A stretch of 64,000 bases of DNA from a virus. Position numbers and translations under genes: made by a program. Below are positions 19,732 through 28,446 of this stretch, piece after piece (position 1 is the stretch's first letter; every line of letters starts with the position of its first letter). The stretch is from positions 71,099 to 135,098 of IMG/VR virus record IMGVR_UViG_3300043436_004687; one strand, given 5' to 3'. Below the pieces are notes generated by a model, which saw only the letters and a list, made by a program, of their open reading frames with translations, was not told the origin of the DNA and made no database searches.

Positions 19732-19802
19732 CTCTTCCATCCAGACTCGAACTGGAAATAACTGATTAACAGTCAGACGTGATACCATTTCACTATGAAA
19801 GA
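19732..19802 (-). tRNA. tRNA-Asn (anticodon GTT)
   Basis: Manual fold. Acceptor TCTTTCA/TGGAAGA, D-stem GTGA/TCAC, anticodon loop CTGTTAA, T-arm TCCAG-TTCGAGT-CTGGA. Length 71 nt. Confidence 0.6.
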
Positions 19803-20010
19803 ATTTATTTTTTTGTTAATTTCAGAATCTTTTGTTTAGTATTTTTCTACATATCATCTTCTAAGTATTTTTCTAAATTACCTTCATTTAATTTAGAAAT
19901 AATAGTATTAATAATTTCATCTCTTTTATTTTTTAAACTAGGGTTATTAAATATAAAAATTAAATCTACAAAATCACCAATTAATAAGGTTTGATTTTCA
20001 GTTAATACCA

Positions 20011-20418
20011 TTATTTGTCTTTAAGATTTTCTCTAACTAAACGTTTAATTATGTCTTTATTTTCCTCTAAACCATTTTTAGCTTTCTTCTCCATTTTTTC
20101 TAATCTATCATAATAATCAACAAATTCTGAAACATGATCAGTGGCTATTTCTCTAGCTTTTTCAATATCATCAGTGTGTTCTAATTCGACACCAATACCT
20201 TTATCTATTTGTTTATTTATTACTGAAATATCAACACCATATTTCTTAGCTAAATCACTAATCGTTAAATTATCAGCATTACCACCAACCAATTTATTTT
20301 CTTCATTTATATTAGCATGCAAGGCTGCCATATATTTATTAACATCACCCTTTGTACAACCAATTTTATCATTGGTCCCTTTATGAAAAATACATTTACC
20401 CCTAATTTCGTATTGCAT
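20011..20418 (-). CDS. hypothetical protein
   Basis: 135-aa ORF embedded between two groups of tRNAs. Confidence 0.4.
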   Translation of the reverse strand: MQYEIRGKCIFHKGTNDKIGCTKGDVNKYMAALHANINEENKLVGGNADNLTISDLAKKYGVDISVINKQIDKGIGVELEHTDDIEKAREIATDHVSEFVDYYDRLEKMEKKAKNGLEENKDIIKRLVRENLKDK

Positions 20419-20437
20419 AATTTTTAATTTATTTTTG

Positions 20438-20510
20438 TGTCCCTATCAGGATTCAAACCTGAAAAATTTGGTTAGAAGCCAAATATGATATTCATTTTCA
20501 TCATAAGGAC
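20438..20510 (-). tRNA. tRNA-Arg (anticodon TCT)
   Basis: Manual cloverleaf. Acceptor GTCCTTA/TAGGGAC, anticodon stem TTTGG/CCAAA with loop CTTCTAA, T-arm TCAGG-TTTGAAT-CCTGA. Length 73 nt. Confidence 0.7.
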
Positions 20511-20516
20511 TTTTGA

Positions 20517-20599
20517 AGAGAGTGAAGGAATCGAACCCTATTCAGTTTCCCGAATGCACGGATTTCAAGTCCGCTTGACCACCGTTGGTCACCACTCTC
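20517..20599 (-). tRNA. tRNA-Ser (anticodon TGA), class II
   Basis: Acceptor GAGAGTG/CACTCTC, D-stem GACC/GGTC, anticodon loop CTTGAAA, long variable arm ATTCGGGAAACTGAAT, T-loop TTCGATT. Length 83 nt. Confidence 0.65.
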
Positions 20600-20607
20600 C
20601 AAATTTA

Positions 20608-20820
20608 TTACTTCATAATAGAACAATAAATTGCACCTATTATTACCGAGTAAAGAATAAATAAAAATATTAAATTTATAAAATTATAAAAATAATCATA
20701 ATAATTTAAATTCCTAAATTTTAAATATTCTTTTATTGTTACACCAAAAAACCTTGCTTGAGCCCAAATAGTTAAAAAAACCATTATTAAGGTAACAATA
20801 ATTAAAAAACCTAATTTCAT
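20608..20820 (-). CDS. hypothetical small membrane protein
   Basis: 70 aa with two TM helices. Promoter motif at 20837-20847. Confidence 0.4.
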   Translation of the reverse strand: MKLGFLIIVTLIMVFLTIWAQARFFGVTIKEYLKFRNLNYYDYFYNFINLIFLFILYSVIIGAIYCSIMK

Positions 20821-20891
20821 ATTAATTTATTTTTTTTGCAAATATAAATTTAATTTACTTATCTAACAATAAAATTAATTTTATATTTTAG

Positions 20892-20963
20892 CACAGATAG
20901 TAAGCCAACGCACTTACAACTCAAGTTTTGGAGACTCGTATGATACTCTTTCACCATATCTGT
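20892..20963 (-). tRNA. tRNA-Trp (anticodon CCA), T-loop atypical
   Basis: Acceptor ACAGATA/TATCTGT, anticodon stem CGAGT/ACTTG with loop CTCCAAA, T-stem GTAAG/CTTAC. The T-loop TGCGTTGG is non-canonical. Confidence 0.45.
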
Positions 20964-20970
20964 ATTTTGG

Positions 20971-21045
20971 GGTGGTATATCGGGATTGAACCGATGACCC
21001 TCGGTACCACAAACCGATGCTCTAACCAACTGAGCTAATACCACC
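20971..21045 (-). tRNA. tRNA-His (anticodon GTG) with genomically encoded G-1
   Basis: G-1 plus GTGGTAT/ATACCAC acceptor stem with discriminator C. D-loop AGTTGGTTA. Anticodon loop TTGTGGT. T-arm ATCGG-TTCAATC-CCGAT. Confidence 0.75.
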
Positions 21046-21054
21046 ATATATTAT

Positions 21055-21240
21055 TTAATCTTCAGTTTCTACTTCGTTTATTTCAACAAATATTACCGTA
21101 AATCCGCCCTCCTTTTTAAATTTTAATTCACCATAATAACCAGAAGCATCTGCAATTTTTCTGTATTTATCAACAATAAAATCAAAATCATTTATTAGAG
21201 TTAATTTCTTTTCAACGCCTAATTTTCTACAATGTATCAT
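21055..21240 (-). CDS. hypothetical protein
   Basis: 61-aa ORF. Confidence 0.25.
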   Translation of the reverse strand: MIHCRKLGVEKKLTLINDFDFIVDKYRKIADASGYYGELKFKKEGGFTVIFVEINEVETED

Positions 21241-21311
21241 ACCACCATTAATAATTATCTTTTTGTCTATTTCTAGAACTGTTTAAAATCACATAATAAA
21301 ATATAATTATT

Positions 21312-22508
21312 TTAACCAAGTGTTACCACTTGACTTGGATAAACAGCAATACCCTCTATTCCATTAGCAAACGCATTTGGAACTGCTTTTCTTAATATGT
21401 TATAACTACCATTTACATCAGAGTTAATAAATTTATTTTCACCTCTAACTTTATACATACCTCGTTTATATCTATATCCACTAAACCCATTTGAATATTT
21501 ATCACCGTAAACTGGTATATAATCTAAATTTAAAAAACTAGCCTTGCTTGTATAACTTTCTTCTTGAAATAATACTTTAATACCGCTTAATAACCCTTTA
21601 TATTGTAACATACTAACTAATTTATCAAATGGTATTGAAACAAAATTTTGGTTGTTTCTCTTTCCCATATTAATTTCTTGTTTCCAAAAATTATTATGTC
21701 CAACAATAATTGTGTTTAATTCATTTTCAAGACACCAATCAATTAAATATTTACTACTTTGATGCAAATAAGTCTCAATTTTATTATTCCTAATTAAACC
21801 TAATTTAATTATTTTAGTGGTAGCTTTTCTTGATTTTAATTCAGCTAATTTTTTATTGAAAAATTGATTTATACTTTTTAATGGTCTACCATTAATAATG
21901 ATTGGTTTAACACCATTCTTATTTGAAGTTATAGTCATTAAATTATTTACCCCTAAATCAATAGAACAATAATTATCATTATTTTCTTTTAGTAATATGT
22001 TTTCTCTTTCATATACAATATTTATTTTAAATTTATTATAATATGGTTTAACTTGTACCTCAATTATTTTTTTATCTATATTTTTAACTTTAATTTGAAT
22101 ATTTAAAGTTGATAAACCAATCAAACCGTTTTTAATATGTTTAGTTAAAACACTATTATCAATAAAAATAGCTGTAAATCTACCATCTTTTTTTAAATAT
22201 TTAGGTAATTTTGGTTTACCTGTGAAACTATTTTTATTTGCTTTATATACTTTAGTTGCTTCAAAAAATCCTTTCCAATTTGCATCAAGTGTTCTAATAA
22301 CACATCTACTAACTCTAGTTGGTAATGCCTTATATTCTGGCAAATCTTTACAAATATTAAACAAATATAGTTTTCTTAACCAATTACCATTAGATATAAA
22401 CTCATTTCTTATAATATAGTTTACAGAATTATATAAGTTTTTAGTTTTGAATGTTAATTCATCTAATTCTTTTGTTTTATTTACAATATGTGATTCAACT
22501 AATTTCAT
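21312..22508 (-). CDS. TnpB-like protein (RuvC D/E/D residues present) lacking the zinc finger; solo copy
   Basis: RuvC-I CSIDLGVNN, RuvC-II QEESYTSKAS, RuvC-III NSDVNGSYNI. There are no Cys residues between RuvC-II and RuvC-III. Paralog of the gene at 25002..26183. Confidence 0.65.
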   Translation of the reverse strand: MKLVESHIVNKTKELDELTFKTKNLYNSVNYIIRNEFISNGNWLRKLYLFNICKDLPEYKALPTRVSRCVIRTLDANWKGFFEATKVYKANKNSFTGKPKLPKYLKKDGRFTAIFIDNSVLTKHIKNGLIGLSTLNIQIKVKNIDKKIIEVQVKPYYNKFKINIVYERENILLKENNDNYCSIDLGVNNLMTITSNKNGVKPIIINGRPLKSINQFFNKKLAELKSRKATTKIIKLGLIRNNKIETYLHQSSKYLIDWCLENELNTIIVGHNNFWKQEINMGKRNNQNFVSIPFDKLVSMLQYKGLLSGIKVLFQEESYTSKASFLNLDYIPVYGDKYSNGFSGYRYKRGMYKVRGENKFINSDVNGSYNILRKAVPNAFANGIEGIAVYPSQVVTLG

Positions 22509-22569
22509 TGTGTATTAATATATACTCCTTTATTATAAATATAAAACATTTTTTAAAAAAATTCAATAA

Positions 22570-22953
22570 TTACGAAGTTTTATCTTCATACAAAACAACC
22601 TTAATTTTTAAACATTTTTGTTTAGCATAACTAACTAAATCCCCAATTACCTTAGATTTACCATCCCAAAAACAAATCAAAGCATCTGCATAATCAACTA
22701 TTTCTTTATTTCTAATTGAAACTGCTGTTAAGTTATATTTATACCAATCTGGCGGGAAATCTTTTATTCTATAATTATTTTCTTTAGCCCAAATTTCACC
22801 AAATTTATCAGGACCTTGAAAACATTTACATGAAATAACTTCAATTTCAGTTTTATTTTTAAGCATAAAATCACAAGTATCCTTTAATAATTTATAATCA
22901 TTAAATCGTCTACCCCCAGTAATAATTACCTTAAACATATATTTTATTATCAT
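22570..22953 (-). CDS. SLOG-family protein (DUF2493-like, GGRR motif)
   Basis: N-terminal VIITGGRRFNDY resembles the phage-associated DUF2493/SLOG family. Confidence 0.4.
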   Translation of the reverse strand: MIIKYMFKVIITGGRRFNDYKLLKDTCDFMLKNKTEIEVISCKCFQGPDKFGEIWAKENNYRIKDFPPDWYKYNLTAVSIRNKEIVDYADALICFWDGKSKVIGDLVSYAKQKCLKIKVVLYEDKTS

Positions 22954-23290
22954 TTGTTACCAAAGTATCAAACTTATTAAAATCAACATCAACCTCATTC
23001 ATTTCCCAATAAGGATTGTTTCGTGGGTTGTATTTTATTTCAATTAAATCTTCAACATTAATTGGTTTGGATAGGATTTCCAATTTTTCACATTCAACCC
23101 AAGCACAAACTCTTTTATTAGCACCATCGAATATTTCTTCAGAAGTTTTTTTATTATTTTTCAATAAACAATTAGTTAATCTAAATGTAACCTCATTCGG
23201 ATTATAATAAAATATTAGTTTACTAGGATATGTTACCTTCCATTTTTTAAAATTTTTACCCCTGGATAAATTAAATCTAACTTTAAACAT
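22931..23290 (-). CDS. hypothetical protein
   Basis: 119-aa ORF. Confidence 0.4.
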   Translation of the reverse strand: MFKVRFNLSRGKNFKKWKVTYPSKLIFYYNPNEVTFRLTNCLLKNNKKTSEEIFDGANKRVCAWVECEKLEILSKPINVEDLIEIKYNPRNNPYWEMNEVDVDFNKFDTLVTNDNKIYV

Positions 23291-23732
23291 TTTGAATTAT
23301 TTCCCTTATTTTCATTATTAATCTACCAAGATGGTTTTCACCTAAATTTGGGTTAGTATTCAAATCAACACCCCAAAATAAATCGTTGTGATAATTACCC
23401 TCTTGTATATTTTGGTTACCAGTTTCAATTAACTTACTCCTAAAAGGTTCTTTATTGAATTTTAATGAGAGACATTCCTCCATAACTTTCAGTTTTATAT
23501 TATCCCAATTATCTACAAATGGTTCCATATTTATTCGTTCTTGAGATAACTTTTTAATATTATATGGGGTTATTGTTTTACTAGTACAAAGTTCTTTCCA
23601 ATCAATAGAATTAAATTTTTCACTCATATAAACATGTTCAACTGATTGGAAAGTTCTACCCTTGTAAGTTATTTCAACCAGAGCCATATTAGATAACCAC
23701 CTAAATTCTGGGTTTTTGAATGAATGGATCAT
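23283..23732 (-). CDS. NADAR-domain protein (YbiA/DUF1768-like ADP-ribose N-glycosidase family)
   Basis: FRWLSNMA...YKGRTFQSVEHVYMSEKF matches the NADAR core (FLSNF...EH.fQ..Kf). Confidence 0.55.
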   Translation of the reverse strand: MIHSFKNPEFRWLSNMALVEITYKGRTFQSVEHVYMSEKFNSIDWKELCTSKTITPYNIKKLSQERINMEPFVDNWDNIKLKVMEECLSLKFNKEPFRSKLIETGNQNIQEGNYHNDLFWGVDLNTNPNLGENHLGRLIMKIREIIQNV

Positions 23733-24886
23733 TAAATTAATTTTTTAAATTCTTCAATTTCTAATTTATTTACCATTTTACCAACTTCTGGACCAGATAC
23801 ATTATATTTGTTAATCACATCCTGACCACTAATACTTAATTTATACTTAATAAAAGCATTTAAGAGATTATTATCTATTTCATGAACTAAATGTCCAAAC
23901 CTTCTTAATTGTTCATCAGATAATCTTATGTTTGATTGTAATTTCTTAGCTAATGGTGCGTTTTCAATTGTTAAACCCAATAAAGAAACTAAAAATGAAA
24001 TTGATTTTACTTCCTCACTTGAATAGGTAAGAGTATTTAACTGTTTTTTTAATAAATCAACAGAATTATTTCTCAATAAAAAAGCTAATAGAATAACATA
24101 ATCCTTTTCTTCAATAAAATCACTATCAACATTCAACCCCCTAAATATTTCTTTAAAGAGATCATATCTTTTATATAAATCCAATAAAAATTTGATTGAT
24201 TGTGCTGATTGAATTGATTTTAATAATTCATCTCTAATTCTTTCATTTGAAACTCCGTTTAAACTAGAATTTTTTAATAATTGTTTATCAACATCCTCAT
24301 CAATTTTTGAGTTATATCTAGCACTAAACCTACAAAATCTTAAAATCCTTAGTGGGTCTTCTTCAAATCTATCTTCTGCTTTACCAACAGTTCTAACAAT
24401 ATTATGTTTAATATCACTAATACCACCAACCAAATCAATTATTTCACCCTTATCAATGTCATAATAAAGAGCGTTGCAAGTAAGATCTCTTCTTTCAGCA
24501 TCGGTGTTTATTGAAACACCTAATTTAACTTCTGGGTGTCTTCCACTAGAATCTGAACGCATAGTTGCTATTTCATATTCATCATTATCGGTGAAAACAT
24601 TGATAACACCGAACGACTTCCCAGTGGCTAATGTTTTATAACCAGATTGTTGTAACATATTTTCAACACTATCTGGTAAAGCATCGGTAACCAAATCATA
24701 ATCTTTTATTTTTTTCCCCAATAAAGAATCTCTAACGGCCCCACCAACAATAAAAATAGAATAATTATTATCTTTAAATAATTTATTCATTTTTTTTATA
24801 TCTTCTGGTACATTTATAGGGAATTTTAATCTAATTTCCCCATTTAAAGCCTCATTAAGCCTTTGCTTTATAAAATTTTTAATCAT
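23732..24886 (-). CDS. tRNA nucleotidyltransferase (CCA-adding enzyme) / poly(A) polymerase family, class II
   Basis: Head domain FIVGGAVRDSLLGKKIKDYDLVT, RRDLTCNALYYD, and neck LRILRFCRFSARYN. Confidence 0.7.
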   Translation of the reverse strand: MIKNFIKQRLNEALNGEIRLKFPINVPEDIKKMNKLFKDNNYSIFIVGGAVRDSLLGKKIKDYDLVTDALPDSVENMLQQSGYKTLATGKSFGVINVFTDNDEYEIATMRSDSSGRHPEVKLGVSINTDAERRDLTCNALYYDIDKGEIIDLVGGISDIKHNIVRTVGKAEDRFEEDPLRILRFCRFSARYNSKIDEDVDKQLLKNSSLNGVSNERIRDELLKSIQSAQSIKFLLDLYKRYDLFKEIFRGLNVDSDFIEEKDYVILLAFLLRNNSVDLLKKQLNTLTYSSEEVKSISFLVSLLGLTIENAPLAKKLQSNIRLSDEQLRRFGHLVHEIDNNLLNAFIKYKLSISGQDVINKYNVSGPEVGKMVNKLEIEEFKKLI

Positions 24887-25001
24887 GTACTATATTTTTT
24901 ATTAATTTTATTTATTTTAGCTCCCCTTGAAGAATACTTTTGTAGCCAATTACCGTTCATTAAAACTTATGAAAATCTAGGATTCTCACTTATCCCAATT
25001 T

Positions 25002-26183
25002 CTATAGATTAACTCTATATGGGTGAACGGCAACACCCTCTATTCCGTCAGCAAAAGCATTCGGAACTGCTTTTTTAAGTATATTATAACTTCCATTTAC
25101 GTCAGCATTAATAAGTGTATTACTCGCAGATTGAAATAACCCTCGCTTGATTCGTTTACCTACGTAAACCTCATGTTTAGTTATTTTTTCATTATCTAAA
25201 AATGAACACTTACTGGTATAACTCTCTTCATGTGTTATAAAATTAATTCCGTGTTTCTCACATTTATATGTAAGCATTTGAATTATTTTATAATAAGGGA
25301 TCTGAACAAAGTTCTGGTTGTTGACTCTACCAATATTAATACCTTGTTTCCAATTCTCATTATAGCCAACAACAAGTGTATTTAATTCATTCTGTAAACA
25401 GAATTTAACAAGATAATCAGTTGATTTATGTAAGTAATCATTTACTTTACAATCTCTTTTAAAAGTTAACTTCTGAATACGTTTAGATGTCTTTACATTT
25501 TTAGGTAATGCGCTTTGGTAATTAGATTTTTGTTTATTGTAAAATTGATTTATGGATTTTAATGGTCTACCGTTAACTACTACAGGTTTAGTTCCTGCCT
25601 TGTTTGATGTTATAGTCATTAAATTGTTAAGTCCTAAATCAACTGAACTATAATGTTTATTATCTTTCTTTAAAGGTTGTTCTTTATGGTCATATATTAT
25701 ATTGATTTTAAATTTATTTGTTCTTGTGGGGATTACTTGCACTTCGATTAATTTACCAGTTGTTTGTAATGGTATTCTTAATTTAAGTGAAGATAATCCA
25801 ATTTTACCATTTTTAGGTTTAAGTATTGCTGTTTCATAAAACAAGGCAGTAAACTTTCCATTTTTAGGTAAATACTTGGGTAAATTAGGTTTAGCTTTAA
25901 ACAGTTGCTTATTAGCTCTCCATTTTTTAATACAAGAGAAGAATGATTGCCAGTTAGCATCTAAAGTTCTAAGAACACCACGAGCAATACGTACTGGTAG
26001 ACACTTATATTCTTCAATATCTTTACAGATGGTAAACATATCGAATTTAGAAATGTATTTACCAGTAGAAATAAATTCGTTACGGATAATGTAATTAGCT
26101 TTATTATAAAGGTTTTTACATTTAAACGTAATTTGGTTTAGTTCGATAGACTGATTAATGATATGTGATTCAACTAGCAGCAT
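25002..26183 (-). CDS. TnpB-like protein (RuvC D/E/D residues present) lacking the zinc finger; GC-richer paralog of the gene at 21312..22508
   Basis: RuvC-I SSVDLGLNN, RuvC-II HEESYTSKCS, RuvC-III NADVNGSYNI. Only one Cys where the CxxC...CxxC finger should be. Confidence 0.65.
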   Translation of the reverse strand: MLLVESHIINQSIELNQITFKCKNLYNKANYIIRNEFISTGKYISKFDMFTICKDIEEYKCLPVRIARGVLRTLDANWQSFFSCIKKWRANKQLFKAKPNLPKYLPKNGKFTALFYETAILKPKNGKIGLSSLKLRIPLQTTGKLIEVQVIPTRTNKFKINIIYDHKEQPLKKDNKHYSSVDLGLNNLMTITSNKAGTKPVVVNGRPLKSINQFYNKQKSNYQSALPKNVKTSKRIQKLTFKRDCKVNDYLHKSTDYLVKFCLQNELNTLVVGYNENWKQGINIGRVNNQNFVQIPYYKIIQMLTYKCEKHGINFITHEESYTSKCSFLDNEKITKHEVYVGKRIKRGLFQSASNTLINADVNGSYNILKKAVPNAFADGIEGVAVHPYRVNL

Positions 26184-26320
26184 TTAATAAGTGTAATAAT
26201 TTTCTTTACTCTACATATAAATATATAGAAAAATGTAAAAGTTTGATTTAGATAAAGAATAAATTATTAAATAATGTTAATAACTAATTTTTCGTATGAA
26301 AACATATATTTTCTTAGAAT

Positions 26321-26584
26321 TTATTGAACAGTTAAATTACCCCATTTTTCTTTTTGTATGTCGTAATAAGTCATATCTTTAATTTTAGATGGGATATATT
26401 CACCTGGTTTAGAGGATATGTGATATTTATTTTTGCACAAATCACATTGATAAATGGAAAGTTCATCTCTCCATGGATTTTTATCACTTCTTGATAAGAT
26501 TGAGAATAATGCTTTTTTAGCTTCCCATTTTGTATTATAAGATTTTTTATTACAATTCATATTAAACATATTTTTAAAATACAA
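26321..26584 (-). CDS. hypothetical Cys-containing protein
   Basis: 87-aa ORF with YQCDLCKNKYH. Confidence 0.35.
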   Translation of the reverse strand: MYFKNMFNMNCNKKSYNTKWEAKKALFSILSRSDKNPWRDELSIYQCDLCKNKYHISSKPGEYIPSKIKDMTYYDIQKEKWGNLTVQ

Positions 26585-26658
26585 ATATACTAAAAAAAAT
26601 TATATTATAACAATAAAATTTATATTTATTATTATAACAAAGACCTAAAAAAAATATT

Positions 26659-26748
26659 ATGTGTAGTTGCAAACCAAAACCTCAAACACAAACTGTGATT
26701 TCAATTCAAAAACCAGCTCAACCAGCTCCGACAAATCAACCAAAATAA
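26659..26748 (+). CDS. possible small plus-strand peptide (29 aa, MCSCKPKPQTQTVISIQKPAQPAPTNQPK)
   Basis: Hand translation. It is followed immediately by a strong plus-strand terminator at 26747-26777. Confidence 0.2.
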   Translation: MCSCKPKPQTQTVISIQKPAQPAPTNQPK

Positions 26749-26777
26749 CGATACTTTAAAGTATCGTTATTTTTTTA
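26747..26777. terminator. rho-independent terminator (aacgatacttt/aaagtatcgtt + T7)
   Basis: Perfect 11-bp palindrome followed by ATTTTTTTAT on the plus strand. Confidence 0.55.
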
Positions 26778-27070
26778 TCTTGAACATATTTTTTATTGTT
26801 ATAAAATATTGTAGTTACTCTAAACAAATATTCACCACTTTTTAATAAAAGTTTACCCTTTAACATACAATTATTGACTTTTTCTGTAAGAATATTTTTT
26901 TTTGTTTTAACTTCAATAAGTTCAATTACCTTAAACGAATTTTCTTTATTAAAATTAAAGCTTAACATATCACCATCAATGCTAATATTAACATTCTGAT
27001 TAGTTATTGTTTGACTAATTACCTTATTAGAAACAAGAAAAATAAAAAAAATTATAAATAGATTTTTCAT
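26756..27070 (-). CDS. hypothetical secreted protein or lipoprotein-like
   Basis: N-terminal signal-like MKNLFIIFFIFLVSNKVISQ. Confidence 0.4.
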   Translation of the reverse strand: MKNLFIIFFIFLVSNKVISQTITNQNVNISIDGDMLSFNFNKENSFKVIELIEVKTKKNILTEKVNNCMLKGKLLLKSGEYLFRVTTIFYNNKKYVQDKKITIL

Positions 27071-27137
27071 ATATTAAAAATTTAATAATCAAAATTACAA
27101 AAAAAATATTAAAATACCAAATATTTTTTATTTTTTT

Positions 27138-28394
27138 TTAATTACAATTACCTTTTAAATTAAAACCAGTTTTACCAACTGGTGAATAAACACTAACTTT
27201 AGTTTCTGAATCATTAACGTCGTATTTTAAAATACCCTTTTTCATGGTATAAAATACAAATTCTCTTTGACCAGAATCCCATAGTTGTTTTAACTTAATA
27301 ACACCATTTTTAATTTCATTTCTACTATCCTTTAAATAATCATAATTTGAGTCATTTAATAAGGTATTTAATAATTCATCAAAACTATTAAATTTTTTTA
27401 AATCCTTTAAACCCTCCATTGCTGGTATTTTAGGGTTGGGAATATTGATTTGCGTTAATTCAGCTACATATAATGGGACTAATTTCCATTCTTTATAATT
27501 GTGTTGTTTATCCACAAAATAACCAGTATCCGCAATTATGTTTCCATTAGAAGTTATTACCATCCTATCTGGAATTGAACCTGGGGAGATGTTCATTTCT
27601 CCACCATCATTTAATTGTTGTTCAAAACTAAGATAACCATTTTTTTCGGAACTTTGGGAACCATCGTTTTTAGAAAAAGAAATCTCACAAGGTTTAACCT
27701 CATTCTTACCCTCTAAAAATACATCTAATCTAACATATTGATCTTTAGTGTATTTTTCATCATCCTTATTATAACCATCCCAAGGAACATCACCAATGTT
27801 GGTTACCTTATCGATTTTTATATTTAAATTATTTTGCTTTAGATATGAATTTACTAAATTAGACATTTTGTTAACCCTCATATTAGCTAACTCACCACTT
27901 TTTAAATTATTTTGATTTGGTACTTGAGATTCTGATGCTGTTATTTTTATAGAGTACTTAACATTACTATTTGAATTTAAAAACCCCTTTAGGCTATTTA
28001 ATTTGCTTAAAACACTACCCTCATCAATTTCGTAAGCACCACTTTTAAAACTATTTGTTAAATTTATTGAATATTCAGCTTTTTTATTTTCTTTTCTGAT
28101 GTTTGAATTTATGTTGGTCAATTGACTTATTAAATTTTTATTTTCTTTTGTTGTATTTTGATAAGCTTGTGAAAAAGATGGGTTTGCCATAAGTGTTGAT
28201 ATGACTGCGGCAGTTATAAATTTTCTTTGGTTTGATTTTAAAACTGATATCAATCTGTTGATTAATTCAGATGAATTTACTTCATCTATAGTTTCACCTA
28301 ATATAAAATCAATTACTTTTTGATCGGTTTTATTTAAATGTTGTTTATTTTCAAATTCTAATAATGCAACCCTAACCTTATCTTTAACAAACAT
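27138..28394 (-). CDS. hypothetical protein
   Basis: 418-aa ORF with an internal hydrophobic segment ITAAVISTLMANPSFSQA. Confidence 0.45.
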   Translation of the reverse strand: MFVKDKVRVALLEFENKQHLNKTDQKVIDFILGETIDEVNSSELINRLISVLKSNQRKFITAAVISTLMANPSFSQAYQNTTKENKNLISQLTNINSNIRKENKKAEYSINLTNSFKSGAYEIDEGSVLSKLNSLKGFLNSNSNVKYSIKITASESQVPNQNNLKSGELANMRVNKMSNLVNSYLKQNNLNIKIDKVTNIGDVPWDGYNKDDEKYTKDQYVRLDVFLEGKNEVKPCEISFSKNDGSQSSEKNGYLSFEQQLNDGGEMNISPGSIPDRMVITSNGNIIADTGYFVDKQHNYKEWKLVPLYVAELTQINIPNPKIPAMEGLKDLKKFNSFDELLNTLLNDSNYDYLKDSRNEIKNGVIKLKQLWDSGQREFVFYTMKKGILKYDVNDSETKVSVYSPVGKTGFNLKGNCN

Positions 28395-28417
28395 AAATTC
28401 TTTTAATATAAATAGAA

Positions 28418-28446
28418 AAAAACCTTAATTAATTAAGGTTTTAAAG
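28418..28446 (-). terminator. rho-independent terminator (aaccttaatt/aattaaggtt)
   Basis: Perfect 10-bp palindrome preceded on plus by A6 (a U-run on minus) and overlapping the stop of 28433..28786. Confidence 0.5.

Noticed and set aside
20859-21047. ORF 20859..21047 (62 aa)
   Set aside because: It completely overlaps the tRNA-Trp and tRNA-His genes on the same strand, so it is an artefact.
25778-26094. ORFs 25778..25960 and 25876..26094 inside the TnpB-like gene, and 29890..30081 / 29942..30133 inside dnaJ
   Set aside because: They are embedded alternative frames of well-supported genes with no independent signals.
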